NCBI RefSeq assembly: GCF_001194135.2
Contig: NC_068995.1
Location: forward strand, 9,698,387 to 9,736,748
Origin: Octopus bimaculoides
Taxonomy: Eukaryota
Direction: 5' to 3'
Length of the DNA stretch: 38,362 nt
Shown: positions 22,356 to 33,966 of the stretch, piece after piece
How positions within the stretch are numbered: position 1 is the first letter of the stretch
Layout of the letters: each line of letters opens with the position of its first letter
The notes under the pieces: model-generated
Seen by the model: the letters and a program-made list of their open reading frames with translations, nothing else
Told to the model about the DNA's origin: nothing
The model's database searches: none
Translations under genes and position numbers: made by a program

Positions 22356-22652
22356 GGATCCCCTTTGGTCATGAATGACCATGAGATTTCACCTAGTGTG
22401 TTCCCCTTCCAAGACACAAGTCCAGGCAAGATTGTTTTATGGCAGACCAGCAGTTGTCCATGCATACCTTGGCCTCATATCTCCACATCATCGATGTTAC
22501 CCAAGGACAGGCAAAGGGGCCGATACAGCTTGGCACCAGTGACGTTGCAACTCATTTCTAAAGCTGAGTGAACTGGAGCAACGTGAAATAAAGTGTCTTG
22601 CTCAAGGACACAACATACAGCCCGGTCCTGGAATTGAACTCACTACCTCATG
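22356..22652 (-). mobile_element. SINE family C, head-truncated
   Basis: Similar along its length to 17908-18238. Confidence 0.85.
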
Positions 22653-22839
22653 TATATTTATATATGAAGTGGAAATGGTTGCACTCGGTGTGCAGCAAAT
22701 TAGCATATTGGTTGCACCTCTTAATAGTATCTGTGTTGTCCTACATTCCATGGTAGATTGCTGAAATGATTGTAACAGATATGAGACGAAAGAAATACCA
22801 GCTTCATGCTTCCTGTTATTGTCTCTCTCATCATCATCC

Positions 22840-23245
22840 TCCTCCTCATCATCATTTAATGTCTGTTTCCCATGCGGGCATAGCTTGGATGGTATAACAG
22901 GAATTGGCAAGCTGGAGGGCTGCACCAGGTTCCAACCATCTGTTTTGCAATGGTTTCTAAAGCTGGATGTCCTTTTTAATGCCAGCTACTTTACAGAGTG
23001 TACAGGTTGCTTTTTATGTGGCGCTGGTATGGTGCCTTTTACGTGGCACCAGCGCACAAAAGGCGCCCAGCAACATGTAAAACGCACTTAGTACATTCTA
23101 TGGAATGGCTGGCATAAGGAAGGGCATCCGGCCGCAGAAACCAAACTAAAACAGACTGGAACCTGGTGCAGGCCTCTGGCTTACCACTTCCAGTCAAACC
23201 ATCTAACGAGTGCCAGCATGGAAAACAAATACCAAATGATGATAA
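22840..23245. mobile_element. Two family F copies head-to-head (22840-23065 minus, 23090-23245 plus)
   Basis: catcatttaatgtctgtttcccatgc... and ...ggaagggcatccggccgcagaaacc...gccagcatggaaaac...atgatgat. Confidence 0.7.
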
Positions 23246-23270
23246 TAATGGTGATTATATATATATATAT

Positions 23271-23625
23271 TGTGGCATTCCGTTGGTTCCAGTTAATCCG
23301 CGCAACAGAACAGCCTGCTTGTGAAATTAACATGCAAGTGGCTGAACGCCCCACAGACATGTGTACCTTTAATGTAAATCTTGGGGAGATTGAGCGGGAC
23401 ACAGTGTGACAAGGCTGGCCCTTTGAAATACAGGTACAACAGAAACAGGAAGAAAGAGTGAGAGAAAGTTGTGGTGAAAGAGTACAACAGGGCTCGCCAC
23501 CATCCCCTGCCGGAGCCTCGTGGAGCTTTAGGTGTTTAAGCTCAATAAACACTCACCATACCTGGCCTGGGAATGGAAACCACGATCCTATGACAGGGAG
23601 TCCACTGCCTTAGCCACTAGGCCAT
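23271..23625 (-). mobile_element. SINE family B, diverged full-length copy
   Basis: Reverse-complement match to 11769-12149. Confidence 0.88.
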
Positions 23626-24017
23626 ATNNNNNNNNNNNNNNNNNNNNNNNNNNNNNNNNNNNNNNNNNNNNNNNNNNNNNNNNNNNNNNNNNNNNNNNNN
23701 NNNNNNNNNNNNNNNNNNNNNNNNNNNNNNNNNNNNNNNNNNNNNNNNNNNNNNNNNNNNNNNNNNNNNNNNNNNNNNNNNNNNNNNNNNNNNNNNNNNN
23801 NNNNNNNNNNNNNNNNNNNNNNNNNNNNNNNNNNNNNNNNNNNNNNNNNNNNNNNNNNNNNNNNNNNNNNNNNNNNNNNNNNNNNNNNNNNNNNNNNNNN
23901 NNNNNNNNNNNNNNNNNNNNNNNNNNNNNNNNNNNNNNNNNNNNNNNNNNNNNNNNNNNNNNNNNNNNNNNNNNNNNNNNNNNNNNNNNNNNNNNNNNNN
24001 NNNNTATATATATATAT

Positions 24018-24210
24018 TGCCAGACTGGCCGTTGTGCAGGTGGCATGTAAAAAGTACCCACTACACTACACTCTCAAAGTGGTTGACGTTAGGAAGGGCA
24101 TCCAGCTGCCAGATCAGATTGGAGTCTGGTGTAGCCACCTGGTTCGCCAGTCCCCAGTCAAACCGTCCAACCCATGCTAGCATGGAGAGCGGACGTTAAA
24201 TGATGATGAT
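24018..24210 (+). mobile_element. Family F copy
   Basis: Matches 20108-20270; (GAT)n tail. Confidence 0.85.
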
Positions 24211-24695
24211 AGTATATATATATATATATGCACACACACTCTTCCAACTCATCAAACCATGTCAAATTGTTCATCACATGAATGCCAGATGTTAAATGAT
24301 AATGATGATGATGATGATGATATATATATATATATATCTACACACGCACTTGCACACACACACATATATGTATGTATGCTAAAAATGCAGGTTAACTGCT
24401 TTCTGGCAGGCTAATTGTTTCATGAAACAGGTTGCCTTTATAAACATCAGCTACTTGCTTTGCACAACTATTTCTATGCCAGGAAACAGTTAATTGGTCT
24501 ATAATTTTCGTAATGTATTCCATATGCTACATCTTATTGAGTGCTTAAATTTTGTTCGTACTAAAGACATCACGCATGTGTATATATTACATTTACATAT
24601 CAAAATATACACAACTCCCCATGTCTGTAGTATGTTTGTTCGTATACGTATTAAGACACATAGGAACATGCAAATTCTTCAGTCATCTGTTCTAA

Positions 24696-24986
24696 GTTGT
24701 TGTTGTTGGCACTCCGTCGCTTACGACATCGAGGGTTCCAGTTGATCCAATCAACGGAACAGCCTGCTCGTGAAATTAACGTGCAAGTGGCTGAGCACTC
24801 CACAGACACGTGTACCCTTAACGTAGTTCTCGGGGATATTCAGCGTGACACAGAGTGACAAGGCTGACCCTTTGAATTACAGGCACAACAGAAACAGGAA
24901 GTAAGAGTGAGAGAAAGTTGTGGTGGAAGAGTACAGCAGGGTTCGTCACCATCCTCTGCCGGAGCCTCGTAGAGCTTTAGGTGTTT
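24696..24986 (-). mobile_element. SINE family B, young copy running into a gap, with (CAA)n tail
   Basis: High-identity reverse complement of 11870-12150; begins gttgttgttgttggcactccgtcgc. Confidence 0.9.
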
Positions 24987-25486
24987 NNNNNNNNNNNNNN
25001 NNNNNNNNNNNNNNNNNNNNNNNNNNNNNNNNNNNNNNNNNNNNNNNNNNNNNNNNNNNNNNNNNNNNNNNNNNNNNNNNNNNNNNNNNNNNNNNNNNNN
25101 NNNNNNNNNNNNNNNNNNNNNNNNNNNNNNNNNNNNNNNNNNNNNNNNNNNNNNNNNNNNNNNNNNNNNNNNNNNNNNNNNNNNNNNNNNNNNNNNNNNN
25201 NNNNNNNNNNNNNNNNNNNNNNNNNNNNNNNNNNNNNNNNNNNNNNNNNNNNNNNNNNNNNNNNNNNNNNNNNNNNNNNNNNNNNNNNNNNNNNNNNNNN
25301 NNNNNNNNNNNNNNNNNNNNNNNNNNNNNNNNNNNNNNNNNNNNNNNNNNNNNNNNNNNNNNNNNNNNNNNNNNNNNNNNNNNNNNNNNNNNNNNNNNNN
25401 NNNNNNNNNNNNNNNNNNNNNNNNNNNNNNNNNNNNNNNNNNNNNNNNNNNNNNNNNNNNNNNNNNNNNNNNNNNNNNNNNNNNNN

Positions 25487-25827
25487 GCATGACCTCGCAG
25501 GTGGGGCCCAGTTAGAATTTTGTTCAGGTCAAGTAGCCCATCCTGCTCAAAAGGTCCCTGAATAAGATTTGTTTAAGGATGTTGAACGAAACACCCATGT
25601 TTCCAAAGGTGAATTATCCAAACCCCAAAGAATTCCTCTCAACACATGGCTATGATGCTCCCCCACTACTTCTGCTCATGATCAGAGATGCACATATCAA
25701 CAGCCACCAAGGGACATGCTCAACTGGTTAAGGTCAAACAACTGACAAGCAAATCTGTGGTATTGAGCAGAATATTTGCTGTAACCCATCTTTTATACCA
25801 AGACAAAACAATGTACGTGATGACACT
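25487..25827 (-). mobile_element. Retroposon family D, partial (starts at a gap)
   Basis: Near-identical to 34125-34465. Confidence 0.88.
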
Positions 25828-26029
25828 ATTAGTGTTTTCCTTATATATGAGGTTTCCTTATACACGTTAAAATATGGTATGTATATTTTTATATGCATGC
25901 ATATGCGTCTATCTGGTCTTGACATCATGTGACGCATATAAATCTGCCTCACCATCATACAAAGCGATATTGTTTGTTTCCTTGTCTTCCATGGAAGATA
26001 AAAAAAACAAACAAACATGTCAATGGGGA

Positions 26030-26140
26030 AATATATTACCTTGCTTGGAAATTGGTGAGGATTGGCGACAGGAGCGATGTATATGGCTGCAGAGATTCTG
26101 CCTCAACGAATTCTGTTTGACCACAACGATGACGATGACG
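26030..26140 (+). mobile_element. Family-F-related fragment
   Basis: cttggaaattggtgaggattggcgacagg ... tctgcctcaacgaattctgtttgacc; related to the reverse complement of 17520-17590. Confidence 0.5.
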
Positions 26141-26254
26141 TCGACCGTGTCTGTGAAGCCAGATAGAAATGCATGTAACATAAACCTTTCAGTGTCACAC
26201 TTTATAATTTACTATGGAACTAGTGAATGGTATTTTGTGTCTGGTGTACACTCT

Positions 26255-27050
26255 CCCCACTCCCTCTCTCTCTTTCTTTCTTTCTCTCTCCCTCTCTATC
26301 TCCTTCTCCACCTAACTCCCCCTACTTCTTTTCTCTATCACCACTTCACTTCCTTGTTGTCTCCACCTCTCTTACCTTCCCTGTTTCCAACTTGTTCCAT
26401 TTCTCTCTCTCTCTCTCCATTTCTGTTTCTCTCTATCTGTCCCTCTCTCTCTTTCTCTGTTTCTCTCTATTTCTCACTCTCTCTCTCTACCCTTCTCTTG
26501 TAACCTCTTTCACTCTCTCTCTGTCCAACTCTCTTTCTGTCTAACTCTCTTTCTGTCTAACTCTGTCTCTCTGTCTCTCTCTCTCCCTTTCTCTCTCTCT
26601 CTCTCCCTTTCTCCCTCTCTCTCTCCTTCATTCTCTCCCACACTCTCTCTCTCTCACTCTCTAACTCTCTCTGCCCCTCTCTCTTCTTGTCCAACTCTCT
26701 CTTTTCAACCTTCTCACTCTCTCAAACTCTCCTCCCCCCCCCTGTATTCACTTCTCTCCTGCTCTGCCTCCTCCTCTCAGTTTCCAAGCCTTTCCTCCTC
26801 TTCTCCCTCTCTGTCTCTCCTTCCTCTCCCACCTCTGTCTGTCCTCCCATCTGCCATACCCTTTTCTCCCCATCTTCCCCCACTTCCCCAATTGAAGCCT
26901 CCCCATCTCCCCCCGCCACCATCTGCCTCTCCCTCTATTTCCATTTTCTCTCTATTTTTCACCCCACTCCACCTCTCTTTCTCCATCTCTTTCATTTCGT
27001 CTCCTCCCACTTTCCCCCCTCTCAAGCTGTTCTCTCCAGAAACACCAGAT
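26255..27050. repeat. About 800-nt CT-rich polypyrimidine tract
   Basis: Directly visible in sequence. Confidence 0.9.
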
Positions 27051-27477
27051 TCCAAACAATACAGACACAATGACCTTGGATAAAGTACACTGTCTTTGTC
27101 CATGCCATAGGTTTGTCTGTAGTTACAATATGTCTGGGTAGATAAATTATTGGACTACCAACTCAGAGGTGGGCAGTTCAAATTTGATGAAGGTCTCTTT
27201 ATCTTTTTTTTTTCCCATTTATGTTTCTGGAGTTTGCTACATTTTATCCTACTTTGCCTTAGTTCACCCCTAAACTGCTCAATGTTTTGGTTAGAGTGTT
27301 TCCTTGGATAGGTAAGGGCCAGGTCATTCTTGATACATAGACGGGTGGTTAATCTAGGGTAGGTGGGTGGCAATTTGTTCTTTCTCCTCTTCGTTCTATG
27401 GAACTAGAGAATGGTTCTGGACCCATCAGTGGTGGTGATGTAGCACAGGGACGCCATGGCTGCAGTTACTTTTGGTG

Positions 27478-27610
27478 CAGCCAGGGACAGTTGCCCTTGG
27501 CACAGCCATAAGGGGTAGCTGCTCTGGACACAGCCAAAGGAGGCAATTGCCCTTGACTCAGCTATAGTGTCAAATGCCCTGGGCACAACCACAGGGCCAC
27601 AGGGGCACTT
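27478..27610. repeat. Cryptic GC-rich minisatellite with 25-28-nt units
   Basis: Units start cagcc/cagct/caacc at 27478, 27503, 27531, 27559 and 27586, with a tgccct-like motif in most. Confidence 0.6.
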
Positions 27611-27614
27611 GTCC

Positions 27615-27623
27615 ATATATATG

Positions 27624-27654
<31 letters not shown>

Positions 27655-27876
27655 GTATATGTTTGTGTGTCTGTGTTTGTCCCCCCACCATCGCTTGACA
27701 ACCGATGCTGGTGTGTTTACGTACCCATAATAACTTAGCGGTTCAGCAAAAGAGAGACCGATAGAATAAGTACTAGGCTTACAAAGAATAAGTCCTGGGG
27801 TCGATTTGCTCGACTAAAGGTGGTGCTCCAGCATGGCCACAGTCAAAAGGACTGAAACAAGTAAAAGAGTAAAAGT
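27615..27876 (+). mobile_element. SINE family A, 3' half, low divergence
   Basis: Matches 7320-7552; tail aaagagtaaaagtgta. Confidence 0.88.
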
Positions 27877-27989
27877 GTATAAATTATAAAGATCAGGTTA
27901 ATTATGTTTGGTTGAATAACGAACCGATGGAACTTGTGCGAAATGAAAATTCTTCATATAACCAACCCATCTTTGGTTATCAGGGCAAT

Positions 27990-28290
27990 CTTCAAGGTTT
28001 ATATGTCGAGAGTGGGGTGTGACGTATCCTTCAAAGTTTACATCTTGGCGCTATGGGGGTGGGTGGCAAGTTGTACCCCTTAAGGCTTATATATCTAGAG
28101 TGAACAGTCAGTGGGGGGGGGGACACATACCTTTGAAGGTTTATATGTCGGGTGGTGGTGGCAGCAGTAGTGGTGGGTGGTGGTGGTTCGCACCTCCCAG
28201 GATATATATATCTAGAGGGAGGGGAGAATTTTTCAAGGTTTATATGTCTAGACGTTGGGTGGGGTATGTATTAATGTTTATCTGTCTGAA
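27990..28290. repeat. Array of a conserved ~22-nt core with variable G-rich spacers
   Basis: Cores resembling cttcaaggtttatatgtctaga at about 27990, 28029, 28078, 28132, 28194, 28231 and 28270. Confidence 0.75.
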
Positions 28291-28427
28291 GGAACGGCAC
28301 ATACTTCTATATTTTTAGGGTAAGGCCTGGGTTATTATTAGAAATGATAAGAAGAGTTTTAAAATGTCTAACCTCCTTTTATTTGCTTTTAAAAAATTTT
28401 TTATTTATCCTTAATCTTTTTAAATTC

Positions 28428-28660
28428 ATCATCATCATCATCATCATTTTAATGTTCAATTTTCCCTGCTTGAATGGGTTGGATGGAGTTTATTAAGGCA
28501 TTCTATGGGTGGATACCCTTCCTGTCCCCCAACCTTCCTCTATTTCTACACACCATGACATGCTTTTGCAGAATATTGGGACTGAACTACACTGCTTGTA
28601 TGATGGTGACACTCGTTTACAGCTATCATGCAATGTCAAGACAAGGAGACACAAACACAC
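28428..28660 (-). mobile_element. Family-F-related copy
   Basis: (CAT)n, then ttttaatgttcaattttccctgcttgaatgggttggatgg; similar to 17462-17700. Confidence 0.6.
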
Positions 28661-28680
28661 ACACACACGTCTTTCATTTG

Positions 28681-28780
28681 GCAGGCTTCTTTCAGTTTCC
28701 TTCAGTTGCCTAGTACTTATTCTATCAGTCTCTTTTGCCGAACCGCTAAGTTACGGAGACGTAAACACACCAGCATCAGT
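28681..28780 (-). mobile_element. SINE family A fragment with an internal deletion
   Basis: ggcttctttcagtttcc joined to gcctagtacttattctatcagtctcttttgccgaaccgctaagttac. Confidence 0.75.
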
Positions 28781-29070
28781 TAATTATGTTTATATATATA
28801 TATATATATATATATNNNNNNNNNNNNNNNNNNNNNNNNNNNNNNNNNNNNNNNNNNNNNNNNNNNNNNNNNNNNNNNNNNNNNNNNNNNNNNNNNNNNN
28901 NNNNNACATGTATGTACATACCTTCATCTACATGTACATATAGATACATATCTGGGTACATGACGTTGCAAAAAAACATGGACAAAACGATAAACAAGCT
29001 ACAAAAGACACGCAGGCCACATAGAGAACATATCCTTCATCAGCTGCCACCATTAAAACACTGGCGTTTC

Positions 29071-29110
<40 letters not shown>

Positions 29111-29115
<5 letters not shown>

Positions 29116-29253
29116 GCTTCTTTCAGTTTCCGTCTACCAAATCCACTCACAAGGCTTTGGTCGGCCCGAAGCTATAATAGAAGATGCTTGCCCAAGGTGC
29201 CACGTAGTGGGATGGAACCCGGAACCATGTGGTTGGTAAGCAAGCTACTTACC
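29111..29253 (-). mobile_element. SINE family A, 5' half
   Basis: ggcttctttcagtttccgtctaccaaatccactcacaaggc ... catgtggttggtaagcaagctacttacc. Confidence 0.88.
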
Positions 29254-29837
29254 AGAAATTTAAATTTTGATATTTTGGGCTATGATGGTTCATCACCATT
29301 ACGACAGACCGGTGTTCAGTAACAGGTGAGTCTCACAGGTATTCTTTGTGGGCCTCTTAACTTTCTCTTAAAACTTTCTAAATTCAATGTATTTGTCGGC
29401 CACTGAGCAGTCGGTAGCTTTTAGGCGGTGTTATGTGTCATAATTCGTTGAAGTTTTGCTTATATAAACATTGTCAGTGTTTATGGAAAAATGTGACGGT
29501 GGGTGTGTTCGTGCGAATACGGGATGGGTGGGCTGTTTTTCTATGTTGAGATAAAATATAATGCGCCCATGGGCATATGCGAAAATAAAAACTAAGTGGG
29601 GGCCAATATGGAATGAAAGTTAAGTGAGCTGTGTCTTGATGCTTTTGTCAGTCATGAAAGAAAGTGTGGAAGGGTTTACATGGAAACATGATGATGCGAA
29701 ATTTGCAATGGGTTTTAAGATACATCTTGCAGGTCCTCTGGGGTACAGTGTCAGTGATATTTCTGGGGCCTCAGTAAGGTTTTGGGTCCTTTCAGTATGA
29801 GAACCCCTCATCCAGTTGATCCAACATTATATGATTG

Positions 29838-30011
29838 AAGAGTTTTTTTGTTCGTTATTGGCCATGCTGGGGCACTGCCTTGAAAGGTCTTTCTTCTTAA
29901 GCCTGGTATTTATTCTGTCGTTCTCTTTTGCCGAACCGCTAAGTTATGGGGACTTAAGCACACAACACACAAACATTGGTTGTCAAGAAGTAGAGGGGAC
30001 AAACAGACACA

Positions 30012-30072
<61 letters not shown>

Positions 30073-30226
30073 GTTTATACAATGGGTTTCTTTCAGTTCC
30101 CATCTGCCAAATCCACTCACAAGGCTGAGACTGTATTGTAAGACACTTGCCCAAGGTGCCACACAGTGGGACTGAACCCAGCAGAATGTGGTTGAGAAGC
30201 AAGCTTCTTACCACACAGCCATGCCT
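29838..30226 (-). mobile_element. SINE family A, near full-length
   Basis: Reverse-complement match to 7147-7552 with an internal (CA)n run. Confidence 0.85.
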
Positions 30227-31401
30227 GCTCCATCGTCCAGCTTTCTTTTCCTCATGTGTCCATCTTTCTTTCCTACATTGACGTTCTAAGGACTGGACAT
30301 TTCCTGTCTCTCTCTTCTATCTTTTCTCTTTTCAAAGAAAATATTTCTCTCAGCATTCACTATTTTCCTCTCATGCTGGTCTAACAACCCTCCATGTCTG
30401 TTTTCGTTTGGTTTTCCCTGTATGTCTCCACTGTCCTGTTTTTGTTCCTAACTTTGACCCTCAATAAATCCAAAATTTTATTTTGGTATTTATGGGAGCA
30501 ACTGTCTTCGAAGACTCATATTGTCGTTGATTGCTCAAACTGGGGAGTAGACGGACAGCCGGCAACTGATGAAGGGTCGTTCTGTGTATTACTTGTCTTG
30601 TTTTCCATTTTTTCTCTCTCATTGTTTGTGTATTTAACTCATTTGCTTTCGTATTTCATGTTGTTTACTGTTGGTGACGTCCTGTACCCATATATGCATA
30701 TATATATATATATANNNNNNNNNNNNNNNNNNNNNNNNNNNNNNNNNNNNNNNNNNNNNNNNNNNNNNNNNNNNNNNNNNNNNNNNNNNNNNNNNNNNNN
30801 NNNNNNNNNNNNNNNNNNNNNNNNNNNNNNNNNNNNNNNNNNNNNNNNNNNNNNNNNNNNNNNNNNNNNNNNNNNNNNNNNNNNNNNNNNNNNNNNNNNN
30901 NNNNNNNNNNNNNNNNNNNNNNNNNNNNNNNNNNNNNNNNNNNNNNNNNNNNNNNNNNNNNNNNNNNNNNNNNNNNNNNNNNNNNNNNNNNNNNNNNNNN
31001 NNNNNNNNNNNNNNNNNNNNNNNNNNNNNNNNNNNNNNNNNNNNNNNNNNNNNNNNNNNNNNNNNNNNNNNNNNNNNNNNNNNNNNNNNNNNNNNNNNNN
31101 NNNNNNNNNNNNNNNNNNNNNNNNNNNNNNNNNNNNNNNNNNNNNNNNNNNNNNNNNNNNNNNNNNNNNNNNNNNNNNNNNNNNNNNNNNNNNNNNNNNN
31201 NNNNNNNNNNNNNNNNNNNNNNNNNNNNNNNNNNNNNNNNNNNNNNNNNNNNNNNNNNNNNNNNNNNNNNNNNNNNNNNNNNNNNNNNNNNNNNNNNNNN
31301 NNNNNNNNNNNNNNNNNNNNNNNNNNNNNNNNNNNNNNNNNNNNNNNNNNNNNNNNNNNNNNNNNNNNNNNNNNNNNNNNNNNNNNNNNNNNNNNNNNNN
31401 N

Positions 31402-31900
31402 TCTGTCTGTCTGTCTATCTGTCTGTCTGTCTATCTGTCTGTCTGTCTATCTGTCTGTCTGCCTATCTGTCTGCCTATCTGTCTGCCTTTCTGTCTGCCT
31501 ATCTGTCTGCCTATCTGTCTGCCTATCTGTCTGCCTGTCTGTCTGCCTGTCTGTCTGCCTGTCTGTCTGCCTGTCTGTCTGTCTGTCTGTCTGTATGTCT
31601 GTCTGTATGTCTGTCTGTCTATGAATTTGTCTATCTATCTATCTATCTATCTGTCTGTCTATCTACCTGTCTGTCTGTCTGTCTATCTCTTTATTCCTCC
31701 CTCTCTGTCTATTTGTCTCTCTTTTTTATTCCCCCTCTCTCTGTTTATCTGTCTCTCTCTTTTACTTCTTTATTCCCTCTCTCTCTCTAACTCTCTCTCT
31801 CTATCTCTCTCTCTCTCCCTCTTTATTCCCCATCTCTCTCTATACATTTATCTATCCCTCTTTTTCTTTATCCCCCCCCCCAGCTTTCTCTCTCCTCTGT
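31402..31900. repeat. (CTGT/CTAT/CTGC)n tetranucleotide array with 12-nt higher-order units, then a CT-rich tract
   Basis: ctgcctatctgt and ctgcctgtctgt units are directly visible. Confidence 0.9.
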
Positions 31901-32523
31901 CTACAACCCAATGCTTTTGCTGGAGTTCTCATCTTCTCCATCACACCACTTCACCAAGAAGTGGTCTTTCTTTCATTAATGTTGTTGTTATTATTACTAT
32001 TATTATTATTATTATTATTATTTTTTATTTCTCTAAGTCATTTTCTCTCCATGTTATCCTACATCTCTGTTGGAAATAATCTTGATAAGGTTTGCGTTAC
32101 ACTTCCTGTAATGTACATGTGTGTATATATGCATGTTTTTACATGTGTATATCTATGTGCATGTGTGTGAATTTGCATTTGTGTATATGTATGTGTGTAT
32201 GTATGTGTATATTCATGTATGTGTGTGCCACGTGTGTGTATTTGCAAATGTGTGTGTGTATATCATTCATGTGTATGTTTGTGCGTATTTACATGCATGT
32301 GTGTATATATGTACGTGGGTGTGTGCATGTACGAATGCGTGCATATGTGTGCATTCCTGCATGTACACATGCAGTTTTTTCGTCAATTAGCGTATATACA
32401 CCCTGTGTGTGTGTGTGTGTGTGTATATGGTTTTTATTTACCATAGATGGATAGATTGATAGAGCTAGACAGATATAGTTTCACACAGAGGGAGAGAGGT
32501 CCCTGTCTGTCTATCTGTATGTC

Positions 32524-32776
32524 TGTATGGTAAGTAGCTTGCTTACCAACCACATTGTACCAGGTTCAGTCCCACTGAGTGGCATCTTGGGCAGGTGTCT
32601 TCTACTATAGGCTCGGGCCGACCAAAACCTTGTGAATGGATTTGGCAGAGGAAAACTGAAAGAAGCCTGTTGTATATATATATATATATAGGTTTGTGTT
32701 TGTCCCCCAACATTGCTTGACAACCGATGTCGGTGTGTTTATGTCCCCGTAACTCAGCAGTTTGGAAAAAACAGAC
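32524..32776 (+). mobile_element. SINE family A, 3'-truncated
   Basis: Head, core and internal (TA)n are present; similarity stops at about 32776. Confidence 0.85.
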
Positions 32777-33035
32777 TGTCTGCGTCCACCTTTGAATGCA
32801 ATGTATGCCAGAAGGTTTGGAAATCCAACGGAGGCCTCAGAAGACATTTGAAATTCCACAAGGATCAGAACTTATCTGCAGCTCCTGGTGGTCCAAATAA
32901 GATATGCAATCTCTGTGGGTGTCTTTTAAAAAATATTGCCTGGTTTAAAACTCTACATCAGATGCCATGATGGTCCTAAGGTGTAGGTACAGGAAGAGGT
33001 CAAACTCTGCATAAGGAGGAGACAACCAACGTATA
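32777..33035 (+). pseudogene. Double C2H2 zinc-finger remnant, probably the 3' end of an RTE-like LINE
   Basis: FECNVCQKVWKSNGGLRRHLKFH (32791-32859) has exact C-x2-C-x12-H-x3-H spacing. A second finger (32905-32968) is restored by removing one base in the A run. A short 3' tail ends ggagacaaccaa followed by (GTAT)-like repeats. Confidence 0.7.
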
Positions 33036-33096
33036 TGTATGTAAATGTGTGCATATACATATATGCATACATACACATACATTTTTATACACACAC

Positions 33097-33136
<40 letters not shown>

Positions 33137-33183
33137 AAAGGCATAGAGCCAGAGAACATGCTCCTTGACACTATGCCTCTCCC

Positions 33184-33220
<37 letters not shown>

Positions 33221-33489
33221 GAAACTTCATTATATGGTGTTTGTTGTTGAGACTTGTAAGCGCTGTACAGTAATCAGTCTCACTAGATATTCACCATGAC
33301 ATGTGTTGATAGAGAGAAACTGGAGTGATGTTGTGAAATGGTGTCACACGATTTAGGCATTGGATAGTCTAAAAAACACAGTGTGTGTGTGTGTGTGTGG
33401 GGGAGGCGAGGAGGAATAGTTTTGCAATCAGCAGGAACGTATGTTTGTGTGTGTGTGTGTGTGTTTGTGTGTATCTCTCACTCAAGATG

Positions 33490-33664
33490 ATGTTGTTGCT
33501 GTTGTTGTTGTTGTTGTTGTTGTTTAACCCTGATTCAAATCTGATCAACCAGACCCTCATCTAGGATCAAAGGTGTTTCAATCCTGATCTTTTTTTTTTT
33601 TTTTGGTTTTCGTTGTCAGACATAGTATATCTTGGACTACATTATCTACATTATGCAAATGTCC

Positions 33665-33668
<4 letters not shown>
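33490..33668 (-). mobile_element. Family G, 3' part
   Basis: (GTT)n-tttaaccc ... gatcaaagg ... ggactacattat. Confidence 0.55.
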
Positions 33669-33708
<40 letters not shown>

Positions 33709-33710
<2 letters not shown>

Positions 33711-33921
33711 GGTGGTGATCTGCAGAATATTTCGCATGCTGAGCAAAATACTCAACAGAATTTCATCCGTTGCGACATTCTGAGTTCAAATTCCACCAAG
33801 GTTGACTTTGCCTTTCATCTTTCCAGGGTTGATAAATTAAGTACCAGTTGAACACTGGGGTCGATGTAATTGGCTAGTTCCCTCCCCACAAATTTCAGGC
33901 CTTGTGCCATCAGTAGAAAGA
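33709..33921 (+). mobile_element. SINE family E (tRNA-derived) between (ATT)n runs
   Basis: B box gagttcaaattcc; central motif ggttgactttgcctttcatctttccagggttgataaattaagtaccag. Confidence 0.85.

Positions 33922-33966
<45 letters not shown>

Noticed and set aside
27990-28290. CRISPR array call
   Set aside because: Eukaryotic context, degenerate repeats, irregular low-complexity spacers and no cas genes.
31901-31969. Minus-strand peptide KDHFLVKWCDGEDENSSKSIGL, chromo/PWWP-like at a glance
   Set aside because: 22 aa between simple repeats, with no credible splice sites.
32713-32970. Functional host zinc-finger gene
   Set aside because: The ORF start lies inside a SINE, the second finger is frameshifted, and there are no splice signals or linkers.
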